Origin: Mobula hypostoma
Lineage: Eukaryota
Direction of reading: 5' to 3'
Assembly (NCBI RefSeq): GCF_963921235.1
Contig: NC_086118.1
Coordinates: 20,834,001 to 20,898,000 of the forward strand
DNA length: 64,000 nt
Part shown: in pieces, positions 25,623 to 39,551 of the stretch
How positions within the stretch are numbered: the first letter of the stretch is position 1
How the letters are laid out: each line of letters begins with the position of its first letter
Notes under the pieces: model-generated
What the model saw: the letters and a program-made list of their open reading frames with translations, nothing else
What the model was told of the DNA's origin: nothing
Database searches by the model: none
Made by a program: the position numbers and the translations under genes

Positions 25623-26309
25623 ACGACAAAAGCTGATTCAAAGCTGCCATTTATTAGTAGACTTCAAAGTAGCCCTAAGCTGTGGTCTCTTTGTAGTAGG
25701 GATTTCACTGTGGCTAGGAGTTCACTGTCTGAGGTGCTTTTAGTAGAAAGCTACCTCTAAGGCCTTCTTCAGAGCTTTCACAATGTTTTTTTGTGTCAAT
25801 GCATTTGCAAATAAGCCCTCTCCACCTCACTATGAGTTAAATACTAAGATTAACTTCTCAGGGACAGACAAGCAGTCAATAATGTATGGAAAAAAACTCC
25901 TCAGAGATCTCCTGAACTTCAACTGTGTCCTTCACTCAAGCACTGTTGATTCCATCACATCACAAAGCAAAATGTTATTTTAGCCAGTTATCTTACCCCT
26001 TATGACCAACAAAAAGCCAAGAAGGCCAACAGTCATAGATATATGTTTTGGCATCTTTGTATAATCTCACTTGGACAATAATATAACCTAACAGGAGCCA
26101 GTGCTTGACCCCCGTGAATGTTGCTACTTTGTCTTGTTCCTCAAGTGAAATGGAGTATTCATGACAACAAGGCCATATTCCACTCATTTTGTCAAAAGAA
26201 ATACCCTTTTGGAGTTAATCTTCTCTACTTCTTCCTTGCCACTCACACCTTGCCAAAAGGTCGTGTCTGTTTGAAGACAGGTGTTTAAAGTAACCTAAGA
26301 ATATCAGTG

Positions 26310-27539
26310 CATCATGTGACTATGAAAATGGACATGGGAAAGTCAGTGGATGTAGTGTACCTGGACTTTCAGAAATCCTTTGATAAGGTCCCACATAGGA
26401 GGTTAGTGTGCAAAATTAGAGCAAATGGTATTGGGGGTAGGGTACTGACATGGATAGAAAATTGGTTGGCAGACAGGGAACAAAGAGTAGGGATTAATGG
26501 GTCCTTTTCAGAATGGCAGGCAGTGACTAGTGGGGTACTGCAAGGCTCGGTGCTGGAACCGCAGCTATTTACAATACAGTATACATTAATGATTTAGATG
26601 AAGGGATTAAAAGTAACAATAGCCGGTTTGCAGGTGACACAAAGCTGGGTGGCAGTGTGAAATGTGAGGAGGATGTTATGAGAATACAGGGTGACTTGGA
26701 CAGGTTGGGTGAGTGGGCAGATGCATGGCAGATGCAGTTTAATGTGGATAAATGTGAGGTTATTCACTTTGGTGGCAAGAACAGGAAGGCAGATTACTGT
26801 CTGAATGGTATCAAGTTAGGAAAAGGGGAAGTATAATGAGATCTAGGTGTCCTTGTTCATCAGTCACTGAAAAGAAGCATGCAGGTACTGCAGGCAGTGA
26901 AGAAAGCTAATGACATGCTGGCCTTCATAACAAGGGGAATTGAGTATAGGAGCAAAGAGGTCCTTCTGCAGTTGTACAGGGCCCTGGTGAGACCACACCT
27001 GGAATATAGTGTACAGTTTTGGTCTCCAAATTTGAGGAAGGACATTCTAGCTATTGAGGGAGTGCAGCGTAGGTTCATGAGTTTAATTCCCGGGATGGGA
27101 AAGACTGGAGCGACTGAGGTTGTATACATTGGAATTTGGAAGGATGAGAGGGGATCTGATTGAAACATATAAGATTATTAAGGGATTGGACACGCTAGAG
27201 GCAGGAAACATGTTCCCGATGTTGGGGGAGTCCAGAACCAGAGGCCACAGTTTAAGAATAAGGGGTAGACAATTTAGAATAGAATTGAAGAAAAACTTTT
27301 TCACACAGAGGGTTGTGGTTCTGTGGAATGCTCTGCCTCAGAAGGCAGTGGAGGCCAATTCTCTGGATTCTTTCAAAAAAGAGTTAGATAGAGCTCTTAA
27401 AGATAGCGGGGTGAAGGGATATGGGGAGAAGGCAGGAAAAGGGTACTGATTGTGGATGATCAGCCATGCTCACAGTGAATGGTGGTGCTGGCTCGAAGGG
27501 CAGAATGGCCTACTCCTGCACCTATTGTCTATTGTCTAT
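26310..27539 (+). mobile_element. 5'-truncated CR1 LINE
   Basis: VDVVYLDFQKSFDKVPHRRL..VTSGVLQGSVL..LYRALVRPHLEYSVQFWSP..RMRGDLIETYKI, ending in a (CTATTGT)n tail. Confidence 0.92.
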
Positions 27540-28429
27540 AAATATAAATTTTAACCAAGATGTTTGCAAGATTAGGCATTTCACCACAAGAAAAACAAGT
27601 CATGCAATACTGCAACAAGATTTTGGAATATGAGTGTAAGATAATTTAGATACTGAGCTGGCAGTTGTTTTGCATCAAGAAAAAATTCAGACAACACTGA
27701 AACATTTAAGGCTTCAAGATAAGGAAACCGTGTGCCATTTGTCGATGATACGAAATTAAGACTGCATCGAGCTGCAACCTCTGTTGACTTGCAGCTTAGA
27801 TTTAGTTGTTCCTTTAAATTGTTTTTTTGGTTTGTAAGGACAGTTTTGAAAACAGAGAGGGGAGTTAGGGGTGAGGTTGGGGGATAGGGTTGTGGAGGAA
27901 TTAGAAGTCAGGAAGGAGTCTAAGTTTCCACTCCACGCCTGAAGATCAATGATGCAGACGTGGGACATCCATGGTTGGTTGTTGGATAACGAGAGGGCAG
28001 AAAGTAGATGAGGCCTCCCCAACACCAGGTTAGTGAGTTGTCAGCGGGTTGCAGAATCAGAGTTCCATGCGTATAGGACAAATGAGTTCTGATGATCCAC
28101 TAAGTTGAGGAATTGATGAGACTGCATTTTGAGACCTTAGTGTTCAGGATCCCTTCATCAGCAAGTCCAGAATTCGAGGCCTAGTGTTCAGTGATTAGTG
28201 TGCCCTGGGATCAATACTGAGGAATGAAGCCTGAGGATCAAATTGGCAGTCTTGAAGTCAAGGCACATTGGCTGGAGTCAAGAATGCAAATCTCTTAGAG
28301 TCCACTGGGGAGGTCTAAGTTCAATTTCTGCAGGCCCAGATCTGAGTCCACTGGAGGACTGTACAGGGGTTAAAGTACAGAGTATGCAAATAGGTGGGAG
28401 AGATGAACAGGTCTCATTTTGTTGTTGTT

Positions 28430-28852
28430 CTTGATCCTAAACTCCTCCACTATTGGAAACATAACCTCTCTATATCCACTCTGTTTAGACCTTTCAATAT
28501 TCAATAGTTTTCAATGAGATTCCTCCTCATTCTTCTAAACTCCAGTGAGTAAAGGCCCAGAGCCATGAAATGCTCTGATACATGAACCCTTTCATTCCCA
28601 GGAACATTCCCATAAACCCCTTCTGTACCATTTCCAATACCAGCACATCCTTTCTTATATAAGGGCCCCAAATTGCTCACAATACTCCAAGTGCGATCTG
28701 ACCAATGCCTTATAAAGCCCCACTGTCAGTAATGCAATGTCAGAATTACATCCTTGTTTTTAATTTCGAGGCCTCTGGAAATGAATGTTAACACTGCATT
28801 TCTCTTCCTTACCACCAAATCAATCTACAAGTTAACCTTTAGAGAAACCTGT
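28430..28852 (-). mobile_element. CR1 LINE C-terminal fragment
   Basis: Reverse complement matches the CR1 ORF2 C-terminus seen at 50600-50960. Confidence 0.75.
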
Positions 28853-30129
28853 ACTTACAGCAAGATAGCGCCAGTGACCAATGGCGGCATCTTGCAGACA
28901 GCTTACAAAACTTCTGGATCTCCTCCTTCTTCTAGATGGACTTCCTATTCTTACCTGGGATCGATTACAGCCTGTAATTCCCCTTTTAAGAATGTATTTT
29001 TAGGGTAACTGAACAATCTGGTATTTCTGTGATCTGGGAGATTCGAAGTGGAGTGCAGCTAAGGGCGTCACTAAGGGTGGATGCAATGCCAATCCTAATG
29101 GCAGAACATGAACCCATGGTTGGCTCCACAGTGTTGAGTAAGATTAAAATCAACAACAAGAGTGGAAATAGGTAGATAGCATATGGGTGTTCAGTGCCAT
29201 CTCCTTGCATGTGATCGGTCTCCCTCTTGTTGCTGCCGGCAAAAGTCGCAGGAGTCTTGGGTCCCATGCTGCAAGGTTTGATCTCATTGGCGGTTCATGG
29301 CGGTGGACTCACCCTTCGGCAGTGGTTTGATGTCTACTGTCCTCAGCGCTAATTGCACTTTATTATTTCATTGATGCACTTCAGTACAGAACTGGATCCG
29401 CAGCCGTGGCCTGCCGTCATTGACAAAGCACTGAACTGCTTGAATTGGTGGCTGTGACTGCAGCCATCAGCTCCTAGATCGCCTTGACTCGCCTCGACTA
29501 TCAAATACTCAATGTGCAGAAAAAAACAAATCTTGTAAACAATAAAAGTAAGCAAATAGTATTCAGTACTGAAGTTCACGAAAGTGAGTCCACAGCCACA
29601 AAGCCAGTCACAGCTGATCCAAGAGCCTGTTAGTTGCAGATCACAGCCTCACTTCAGCACAGTCATGAGTTAGCCACACAGGCAGCAAGCAAAACACTAG
29701 CCCATCCTTTTCCTCTGACCCGACACCCTGACCTTTACAATCTGGCCTAGCACTTAAATCGGCCAAACAACAGGATGTTCCTCACTCTCAGACTGGGCCC
29801 TGCTGCTTTGATACATTCTCGGGCTGAGGACCTGCCACCTCAATTCAGCCTCTACCAGGCTCCATGCCTCACGCCTCAACTCAGTCTGAAAATGCCATGC
29901 CATAATTGTCCTATACCTTCGAGACTTCAGTTCACACTGCAAAAATGCCAGGTTGTACAGGTAGTTCAAAAGCTCAACACTCAAAGGGAAGTTACAGGCT
30001 ATTGATGGCCGTGATAGTTTTTGAGATCCCGATGATCTGAGCAAACTAGGTGTCGACAAGAAAGCATCGAATACCTGGGTCAGAGTGGAAAGACCTCTTC
30101 CCACAAATAGAGAGTTTTTTTGTGGCAAT

Positions 30130-30780
30130 ACAGAACTAGGTTGTTAACACATGTATCAAAAAGTACATAATAAAAGACCAACACATTCAAGATGATGTCC
30201 AGAAAAGGCTGAGAAACCAGACACAATCCAACAGATTACAGGATTCCGCAGCAGTTTAACTCAATCTGATTACTTACACAGGCACAATCAAGAGGCAAAC
30301 ATCAGTCACCAAAATCTTGATTTAAAATACAAACTCATAAAAGACACTATACCTTACTATATATACAAGGACGATCCAGTTTTAGAGTCAGAGTCTTAGA
30401 AAATTATATTATGACCAATCCATTATACATAATCCATAATAACTATTTGAATATAATATTACAGGATAAACACACAAGAACTAACTTAATAGATATATTC
30501 ATTCCAAACGCACATAACGTACTGAAATCAATGTGAAAAACACCAGAAATATGTTAAGTTAAAAGGAGATTGAAAGGCTATGAAAAACGAACAAGGTATA
30601 GATTGTCCCATTAGTAACATCTACGGCTGGTATCATCCCAGTCACAATGGCATTAAACAATTAAGATTACACAGTAACATTTCTGTAAATTTTCAGGAAG
30701 CCACAATACTAAAAAAGTTCCTATAATTTGAGCAATGAATGTGCTTGGCTATCCCCATACCTTAGGCTTGAGAAAAAAAA
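30130..30780 (+). mobile_element. Decayed R4/Dong-like non-LTR retrotransposon C-terminus (RLE clade)
   Basis: Reads ..SDYLHRHNQEANISHQNLDLKYKLIKDTIPYYIYKDDPVLESES after a degenerate zinc-knuckle region, then ILQDK..LID..IPN and V.IVP remnants typical of restriction-like endonuclease domains. Ends at an A/TAA-rich tract. Confidence 0.65.
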
Positions 30781-30944
30781 TAAAAAATACAATAATAATT
30801 AATTAATAAGAAATAACAGAGACCATGAGATGAAGAGTCCTTGAAAGTGAGTCCATAGGTTGTGGGGTAAGTCCAGTCAAGTGAATTTGAGTGAAGTTAT
30901 CCCCTTTGGTTCAAAAAATGATGGGTGAGAGGTACGAAGTGTTC

Positions 30945-31450
30945 ACCCTCCCCCTTTAGAATGCTGATGACCCAATCTGAGACATTCCTGACTCTGGCAT
31001 CTTGAAGGCAACGTATCATCTGGGTGTCTCTTCCACATCAAAAGAATCTCCTGTCTGTTCCTATGGAACTATGGAATCTCTTATCACTGCTGCACTCTTT
31101 TTCTCACCCATCCCCTTCTGAACCATAGAGCTAGTCTCTGTGCCAGAGACCCAGTTGCTGTGGCTATCCCCGGTAGGTCATCCCCCTCAACATTATCCAA
31201 AGTGGCATACATTATTGAGGGGAATGTCCACATGGGTACTCTGCACTGGCTGCCGATTCCTTTTCCTCCACCTGACAATCGCAGTCATCTGCCTCCTGCA
31301 ACCTAGAGGCGACTACCTTCTTGGTTTCTATCTATCACCTCTTCATTCTCCTGTAAGAGCTGAAGGTCATCTAGCTGTAGCCCCATTTCCCTAACACAGT
31401 TTGTAAGGATCTGCATTTGAATGCACCTTGTGGAGATTGGAGGTTTCCCA
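30945..31450 (-). mobile_element. CR1 ORF1 fragment
   Basis: Minus strand reads TRCIQMQILTNCVREMGLQLDDLQLLQENEEVIDR (CR1 ORF1 zinc-finger/coiled-coil region), followed by esterase-like remnants. Confidence 0.7.
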
Positions 31451-31871
31451 GTGTTCCCACATTTCATATACACCACTGACTCTGGATCCATTCTCACCAC
31501 ACTACCTATGTATTATGAGCCAAATCTAATTATTCCAATACTGCCCTCTCACAATGGGTGCTGCCACAATGGCCACTCCGCTTACACCTTGCTTCTTTGT
31601 ATTGGCCTTTGCCAAATACCTGTTGATTGAAGCCATCCAGAAAGGACCTGAGCTATTTTTAAATCTTATACCACCTCTCCAACAAGCGACTGCTTGCGAT
31701 GATTGAACTGAGTTGCTTTTTGTTATCTATGTTGCTCTGCCAAACATTGTAGGCGCGCTATGTTCGCACTGGAATGTGCACACCTTTGGATGTATTGGCT
31801 GTTGACACAAATAATGCATTCCACTGTTTGTTTCCATGTACAATTGATAAATAAACTTGAATCAAAATCAC

Positions 31872-32280
31872 CGGCTTTGCCTGCTGTTGGTGACTGAGAT
31901 TGAGGTCGAATCGCTCGGATAGAAATGGTGCTCGGTACTCGGTGTCGGAGAGCTGATCGGAGGCTGAAAGTTTTCAGATGACTCAGAGTCGGACCGTGGT
32001 CGGGCATGGCAGGGAGAGTTTTTCATCCTTCTCCTGTCTGCATGAGCTGTGGGACATTTGAGTGACTTTGAACTTTTATTGTGCTCATGGACTTCTTCAT
32101 CAAGTTATGGTTTTGTTGCACTGTTGTAACTATATGTTATAATTATGTGGTTTTGTTAGTTTTTTTCAGTCTTGGTCCGTCCTGTGTTTTGTGATATCAC
32201 ACCAGAGGAAATATTGTATCATTTCTCAATGCATGCATTACTAAATGACAATAAAAGAGGACTGCGTGTCTTCATAATCC
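31872..32280 (+). mobile_element. Retroposon 3' UTR-like repeat, family unresolved
   Basis: GC-richer block ending AATGACAATAAAAGAGGACTG..CATAATC followed by an A-run, like a truncated LINE 3' end. Confidence 0.45.
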
Positions 32281-32359
32281 AAAAAAAAATCTAATCTTGA
32301 AGAAGTGAAAATTGCCTTGAAGCTTACAAATGATGTGGCATATAGACAGCAGTCACATC

Positions 32360-33350
32360 AAAGTTCAAAGTAAATTTAGTATCAATGTACATATATGTCA
32401 CCATATACAACCATGAGATTCATTTTTCTTGCTGACATTCACAGTAATACAAAGAACCACAAAAGAATCAATGAAAAACCACACACATCAAAACAAACAG
32501 CAAATACAAAAAAAAATAATGTTTTAAAATAAATAAACAAACAAACAAACAACAAATGTCAAGAATATGGGATTAAGAGTCCTTGAAAGTGAGTTCATAG
32601 GTTGTGGGAACAATTCAGTGTTGGTGTGAGTGAAGTTACGGGTAACGTACCTCCCTTAATCACAGGATTCTGCAGAGTGACATGGACAGCCCAGCGCATC
32701 TGTAGTTGTGAGCTTCCCATGATTCAGGACGTTTACAAAGACAGGTGTGAAAAAATGGCCCGAAGGATCATTGGGGACCCAAGTCACCCTAACCACAATC
32801 TATTCCAGCTACTACCATCCGGGAAATGGTATCGCAGCATAAAAGCCAGGACCAACAGGCTCCAGGACAGCTTCTTCCACCAGGCCATCAAACTGATTAA
32901 CTCACGCTGATTTGAGTGTATTTCTATGTTACATTTACTGTTCTATTTATTATAAATTATTATAAATCACTATGATTGCATAGTGCACACTTGGATGGAG
33001 ACGTAATGTAAAGATTTTGACTCCATGTGAAGGATGTAAGAAATAAAGTCAATTCAATTATCCCCTCTGATTCAAGAGTCAAATAGTTAAGGGATAATAA
33101 CTGGTGGTGTGAGTCCTGAGGCTCCCATACGTCCTTCCTGATGGCAGCAGTGAGAAGAGAACATGGCCCAGATGGTGGGGGCCCTGATGATGGATGATAC
33201 TTTCCTGCAACAGCACCCCGTGAAGATGAGCTCAACGGTGGGGAGGGAATTATCTGTGATGGACTGGGCTGTGACCACAACTTTTTGTAGGCTTTTCCAT
33301 TCAAGAGCATTGGTATTTCCATATCAGGCCATGTGGTAACTAGTCAGTAT
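32360..33350 (-). mobile_element. Rex1/Babar-type 3' end (-) interrupted by another Rex-type 3' end (+, about 32639-33057)
   Basis: Host ..GAGTGAAGTTA|..|TTATCCCCTCTG is split by a + strand copy (ARRIIGDPSHPNHNLFQLLPSGKWYRSIKARTNRLQDSFF) ending AATAAAGTCAATTCAA. Confidence 0.8.
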
Positions 33351-33829
33351 TGCATGTATCATACATAGAATAAACAGCAACTAAAATCATATCCTTGGGG
33401 AACTCTAGTAATGATAGCATGCACAGAACATGCAAGCTATTGTTGAAGATGTTGTACTGGGCTAAAAAGAGGCAAAAACTTTCTGGCAGAAATGAGCATC
33501 AAGGAAGAAAATCTGGTGGAGATGATTTGACCAATATTGTCAAGTTTCAGATAGGTTCTGGACAATAAGAATGAAAAATAGGTAAACAGTGAAGAGAAAA
33601 CCAGAAAAGCAGCAACTCTCCATAGAGTTAACTTTGCCATGAAGAATAAACTAATCCATTCTTTTGATAACATCCCACCAACCCTGCGAAATAGTAAATA
33701 TCTTATGATCATTGAATTCACTCTAATAAGGAACCAACAGAATATGGTTATTATACACACATATATCCTACTCTGGAGTCTTCAGATGAGTTGAAGGGAA
33801 TTTCTATTCTAAACTTAAAAATACTCCGT

Positions 33830-35420
33830 TCCACATTCCAAAATGATTATCAATGTGTCCACGATTTCTAGAGCCACCTCCTTAAGTACCCTGGGATGCA
33901 GACCATCAGGCCTTGGGGATTTATCAACCTTCAGTCCCATCAGTTTACCCAACACCATTTTGTGCCTGATGCGAATTTCTTTCAGTTCCTCTGTTACCCT
34001 AGGTCCTCTGGCCACTATTACATCTGGGAGATTGTGTCTTCCCTAGTGAAGACAGATCCAAAGTCCCTGTTCAGCTCGTCTGCCATTTCCTTGTTCCCCA
34101 TAATAATTTCACCCATTTCTGTCTTCAAGGGCCCAACTTTGGTCTTAACTAATTTTTTCCTCTTCATATACCTAAAGAAACTTTTACTATCCTCCTGTAT
34201 ATTTTTGGCTAGCTTACCTTCGTACCTCATCTTTTCCCCCCCGTATTGCCTTTTTAGTTATCTACTGTTGCTCCTTAAAAGTCTCCCAATCCTCTGGCTT
34301 CCCACTCATCTTTGCTATGTTATACTTTCTCTCTTTTTCTCTATTTTTATACTGTCCTTGACTTGCCTTGTCATCCACGGTTGCCCCTTACTCCCCTTGG
34401 AACCTTTCTTCCTCTTTGGAATGAACTGATCCTGCACCTTCTGTATTATTCCCAGAAATACCTGCCATTGTTGTTCCACTGCCATCCCTGCTAGGGTATC
34501 TTTCCAGTCAACTTTTGCCAGTTCCTCCCTTATGTGTCCATAGTCCCCTTTGTTCAACTGTAATACTGACACTTCCAATCTTCCCTTCTCCCTCTCAAAT
34601 TGTAGATTAAAACTTATCATATTATGGTCACTACCTCCTAATGACTCCTTTACCTCGAGTTCCCTTTTCAAATCTGGCTCATTACACAACACTAAATCCA
34701 GAATTGCCTTTTCCCTGGTAGTCTCTAATACAAGCTGCTCGAAGAATCCATCTCTGAGGCATTCCACAAACTCCCTTTCTTGGGATCCAGTACCAACCTG
34801 ATTTTCCCAGTCTACCTGCATGTTAAAATCCCTCATATCAACTGTAGAATTACCTTTGCGACATGCCAATTTTAACTCTTGATTTAACTTGCATCCTATA
34901 TCCAGGCTCCCATCAGGGTCTTTTTGCCCTTACAGTTTCTCAGTTCTATTCGTCCTGACTCTACATCTCCTGATTCTATGTTCCCCCTTACAAGTGACTG
35001 AATTTCATTCCTCACCAACAGAGTCACCCCACCCCCTCTGCCAACCTGTCTGTCCTTTCGATAGGATGCATATTCCTGAATATTCATTTCCCAGCTCTGG
35101 TCCTTTTGCAGCCATGTCTCTGTTATTCCCACAACATCATACTTGCCAATTTCCAACTGGGCCTCAAGCTCATCTACTTTATTTCTTGTACTCCGTGCAT
35201 TCATATATAATACTTTTAATCCTTTTAAAGTAATACTTTTACTCCCCTCACCTTTCACATCGATTCCTATTGCACTTGCCCATACTCTCCGATCCCTTCC
35301 TGATCTTTCTACCCCTTTAATTCTGTTGTCTTTCTTGACTTTTCTTATTCTCTCATTCCCTTTAACTTCATGCTTATATTTCCAGTTCATCCCCTTCCCC
35401 CCCCCCACTACTTAGTTTAA
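33830..35420 (-). mobile_element. CR1 LINE ORF2 5' part (AP endonuclease plus linker)
   Basis: LKVLYMNARSTRNKVDEL..YDVVGITETWL..YRKDRQVGRGGGV..DFN..TREKAILDLV..GSDHN..KSPRPDGLHPRVLKE. Confidence 0.92.
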
Positions 35421-36689
35421 ACACATGGGTTCATGTAATCATAAGTAGTCTCCAACTCAGTGAATCATTTAAATAACACAAAGTTTTGATTTAGGTCAAT
35501 TGTCTTGATACTGCCTATTGCTTACTACCTATGATTAAAACCCATTTTGGGATTTAATAAGCACAAGGGTTTTAATTTTTGTTTTTTTTCCAGTAATGGA
35601 GGAAACTTATTTAAATAAGGATTTGTATGCATGACATGAAATGTGTAATGTGTGCAGGTATGGTTAGTTTCATCTTCCCTGGGGTGTTGTGTTATTTGTG
35701 GTTAGAAGAAAATGGGGTGTGTATTCAAGTAAGAATTTAAATAACAAGCCAGAGATAATTGGCTGGAAGGCAAGTTTGTATATCTACTGAGTAAGGAAAT
35801 ACGCAATATTGCTTTGAGCTATATATCTTTCCAGATTATGAATACCAAGATTTTCCTTGGAAGATTTTACAACTGACATTTAGAAAGATGCTGTTTTAGG
35901 CATCCTGTTTTGAGTTCAACTGCAGAACTGGAGATTAGATTTTCATCTTATCTCAACTTCCATGTTTCAGTGCATAGGCATGGGAGTCATTTGCTAAATG
36001 GCAAATTAGGGAAAGTAACATCCACCCATTGAGTCTGATTCCAATATTGATGTTCAGTCATTAAAGGTATCTACAGTTCTAATCCTAATACAAGTTAAAA
36101 TTAAATTGAGATTATAACCCAAAGGATCTTTCCTTGAAGCCTGAAAAAGGCTCAGGCACTCAAGCACACCAAGAGGCACTTAGGAACCAAACCAGAATTC
36201 AAGTACTGTAATTGAGCGTTTGAAATTATCATTGATTTCCAAAGTAGGTGAATGCAATTACATTCCTTGAAACTGCTTTTCCAGTTCTGTTGTTGTAGAA
36301 CCCAGAGTATAGTTTTTTTTAATAAATGGGAGCAGGAATAGGCCAATAAGTTCACCATTTACTACTATGCTAACCAATACAATCTTGGCTTCATCATCAC
36401 TTTCTCTCTTTCTTTAACTTATGATTTGGCTTTAACTTATGATTCTGATTTACTGCTCTCTGGAGTAAAAAGTTTAAAAGAATCATGATTCTCGTAAGAG
36501 ACGAAATTTATGCTTGCCCCCGTATCAAACAATATCTTATTCTGTAGCTAATGGCCTATGTTTCAACTATTGCTCTGTGCCTCTTTGAATCTTATATGAA
36601 GGTCAATAAGATCATCTCTAACTTTTTCCTACTTCAATGGAAGTATGAAAATGTTATGTAAGTGCTGTTACAAAGAAGGCATAGTAGTG

Positions 36690-37245
36690 CCTCTACTTTT
36701 TTAGAAGTTTGCGAAGATTTGACATGTCATCTAAAACTTCGATGAATTTTCTTTTGATGCATAGTGGAGAGTACAGAGACTGGTTGCATCATGACCTCAT
36801 CTGGGAACACCAATGACCTTGAATGGAAAAGCTTACAAAAAGTAGTTGATACATAACAGTCCATCACAGGTGAAGCCCTTCCCATCACTGAGCATATCTA
36901 CAATGAGTGCTGTTGAAGGAAGCGGTTACCGTCCAGGTTGTGCTGTCTTCTCACTGCTGCCATCAGGAAGGAGGTGCAGGAGTCTCTGTACATCCTCCCT
37001 GTGGAGTGTGTGGGTTTCCCCCGGGTGTTCTGGTTTCCACTCACTGTCCAAAGATGAACTGGGTAGGTTAATTTATCATTGTAAGTTGTCCCATGATTGG
37101 TTTGTCAGGTGTTTCGTGGGGCAGTGTGGCTTGAAGGGCCACAATGGCCTATTCAGCGCTGTATCACTAAAATAAAAAATAAAATGTATCTCAAGGTAGT
37201 ATATGGTGACATATGTGTACTTTGATAATAAAATTTATTTTGTAC
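36690..37245 (+). mobile_element. Rex1/Babar 3' fragment with an inserted partial V-SINE (about 36988-37180)
   Basis: FSLLPSGRRCRSL is followed by the V-SINE central domain (GGGTTTCCCCCGGGTG.TCTGGTTTCC..GTCCAAAGA) and an A-rich tail, then the Rex 3' tail resumes. Confidence 0.7.
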
Positions 37246-39442
37246 TTTGTATTAGCCCAATCTTCTCATAGCCCAATCCTTTCATCTCATGCATCAACTC
37301 ATTAAAACTGCAAATATATTCATTCTTATTGGATATTCTGCAAACATCACACAGTATTCCTTATACTCTTTCATTGGTATCCTGTAAAGTTACATCAAAG
37401 CTTCACATGAAAGGAAGATTCAAGATGACATTGAGGAACTTAATGCACTAGGAGCATAGAGGAATCACCAAGTAAGTGACGGAAGGCCCCTCAATCTACC
37501 TATCTGACTGTCCTAACAGGGACCTGTGGCAGCGACTTGCTTCCACTTTTGTCTTAAAGAGCCAGAGTGGAAGCAGGTAATTTTTAAACCTGAGGAACTG
37601 CTTAAAAGGACATACTTGTAGAAGCTCTTTCTTGGATATTTCTTGCAGCTTTCTAAAATTCACTCGTAAACTCCCCTACAATTCCCTCATGCTTGACAAC
37701 GTTTTAAGGTTACAGTATTTTGATCTAGTGTTTTTTTTCTAAACTCCTTTGGGTCACCTTTCTTGCGGAATTTTCATTTTTCAGTGGAATATACAATACA
37801 TTCATTAAGAATAGTGAATTATTTCTTTAATTATTGCTTTTTTTTATCTTGGAGCAAGCCTTTTAATCATTCACTGTGCCTTATCCATTTTACTTATGAT
37901 AGCCTTAATTCTGCTGAAGACTATGGTTTCCACTGATCATCTTTTCTCTTGTTTTGAACAATGATGTATCACACTGTTCTCACCTTTCCCTAGATAACAA
38001 TTACAAGTGAAGGCATATTTGCAGATATTTCAGTTGCTTTGTGAAAGTGACAGCTTGTGCGTTGACTTGCTATTGAAACACATTAAATTATGTTATAATT
38101 GCATTGTAGATTAAAAACTAAATTACAGAACATTATCACATTGTTTCGAGTCCCTGTCATCTTGAACCAGTGTGACAAGCATTAAATACTACTTGCTAAC
38201 CTCTCGAGAAAGAATTATGACATAGTGTTTGGGTTTGAATTATTGTTAGTTATTAAGGTATACAATTTTGTATTTTAAGTGTGGATTAGATTTCTCACAG
38301 TTCCTTTATTCTTTCCCTTTAGATCCCTTCAAATCTTTCATCCCTTTTTAATTTGGGTACTTGATTGGAGATTAGTATTACGTGATAATTTGCCTTCTTT
38401 CTCAGCTTTGATTCAGTTCATTTTATAGTTTCAGCTAATCATGGTGATTGAAGTTAGTGAACCTGCTCATTAAAGCTCTAGAAGTCCATTATTCTTCACC
38501 ACAGCATTATTACTTTGAATTTTCATCAACTTACCCCACAAAAAAGTAACTAAATGCAATATTTTCGAGTACCACTTATAATTCTGTCCACTTTTGTATT
38601 GCTGCAATAAATTTTTATTATTTTGCCAGTTACCTCCCTGGCTAGCAACTTGCAAAACTAGTTGTATGGAAGAAGGTGTTTCCTTGTCAGTTGAACTTTT
38701 AACACTTGGGTGTGGAATGTTGAAATTCCAATTCATTTGCCAGGCAAAAAAATAATTTCAGATGTATACCCAGACAAACACTTGTTTATTTCATACTTTT
38801 TCCTCATGCACATTTTCAATCATTAGGCATTCAAATATAAGAAATGCAAAGCTACATTTAGTACTTCAAAATGCAAAAATTATTCAACTATTATCTTTAA
38901 TTTCACCTGTGGCTAAACAGGTATTGCAGGTATAGTGATAAGTTAAGACATGTTGCTGTATTAAAAAACTACCAAGCTTTTTTTTCTCCGAAACTGCAAA
39001 TCTCAATTAAAATCTTTGACATAGCAGCAAGCATAAAAAGGTATCTTTCAGTATAAAAGTAACCACTTTGGGGTTTCAGGGATATAGTTTTTTTCTTTAT
39101 GTAAGCAATAACTAGGAAAATATATTGCAAGAACAATGAGCTAACATTTCAAGAGAGAGGAGAGTTGAAGGTAGATTAGAAAGAAAAAGGGGCAGTACCT
39201 CAGGGTGAGGTTTGGTGAGGCCAGTCATATACCCTAGTAACTCATGACAAAGGGAAGCTGTGAAAACAAAGAAAGGCTTGCATTTATGCACTGTCTTTCA
39301 CAATTTAGGAAAATCCAAAATTATTTTAAAAATAAATGAAAAGCCTTTTAAGTGGCCTCGTGTGAGAAGCAGCAACTATACTTCGCTGGAATATCAACTC
39401 GTGTTTGGTGCTCATGTTTACAGAGTGTGACTTCCAGGAGAT

Positions 39443-39551
39443 ATTAAATACTATCAATTTGTACTCCAGGGAGCGGGAAGCGCAGAATCAAATATCGCTG
39501 TGATGATTGTATGTTCTAGTATCAATTGTTTGGCAACAATAAAGTATAAAG
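39443..39551 (+). mobile_element. About 110-bp 5'-truncated copy of the Rex-type 3' UTR at 5010-5104
   Basis: TCCAGGGAGCGGGAAGCGCAGAAT.AAATATC.CTGTGATGATTGTA.GTTCTAGTATCAATTGTTTGGC.ACAATAAAGTATAAAG is nearly identical at both places. Confidence 0.88.
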
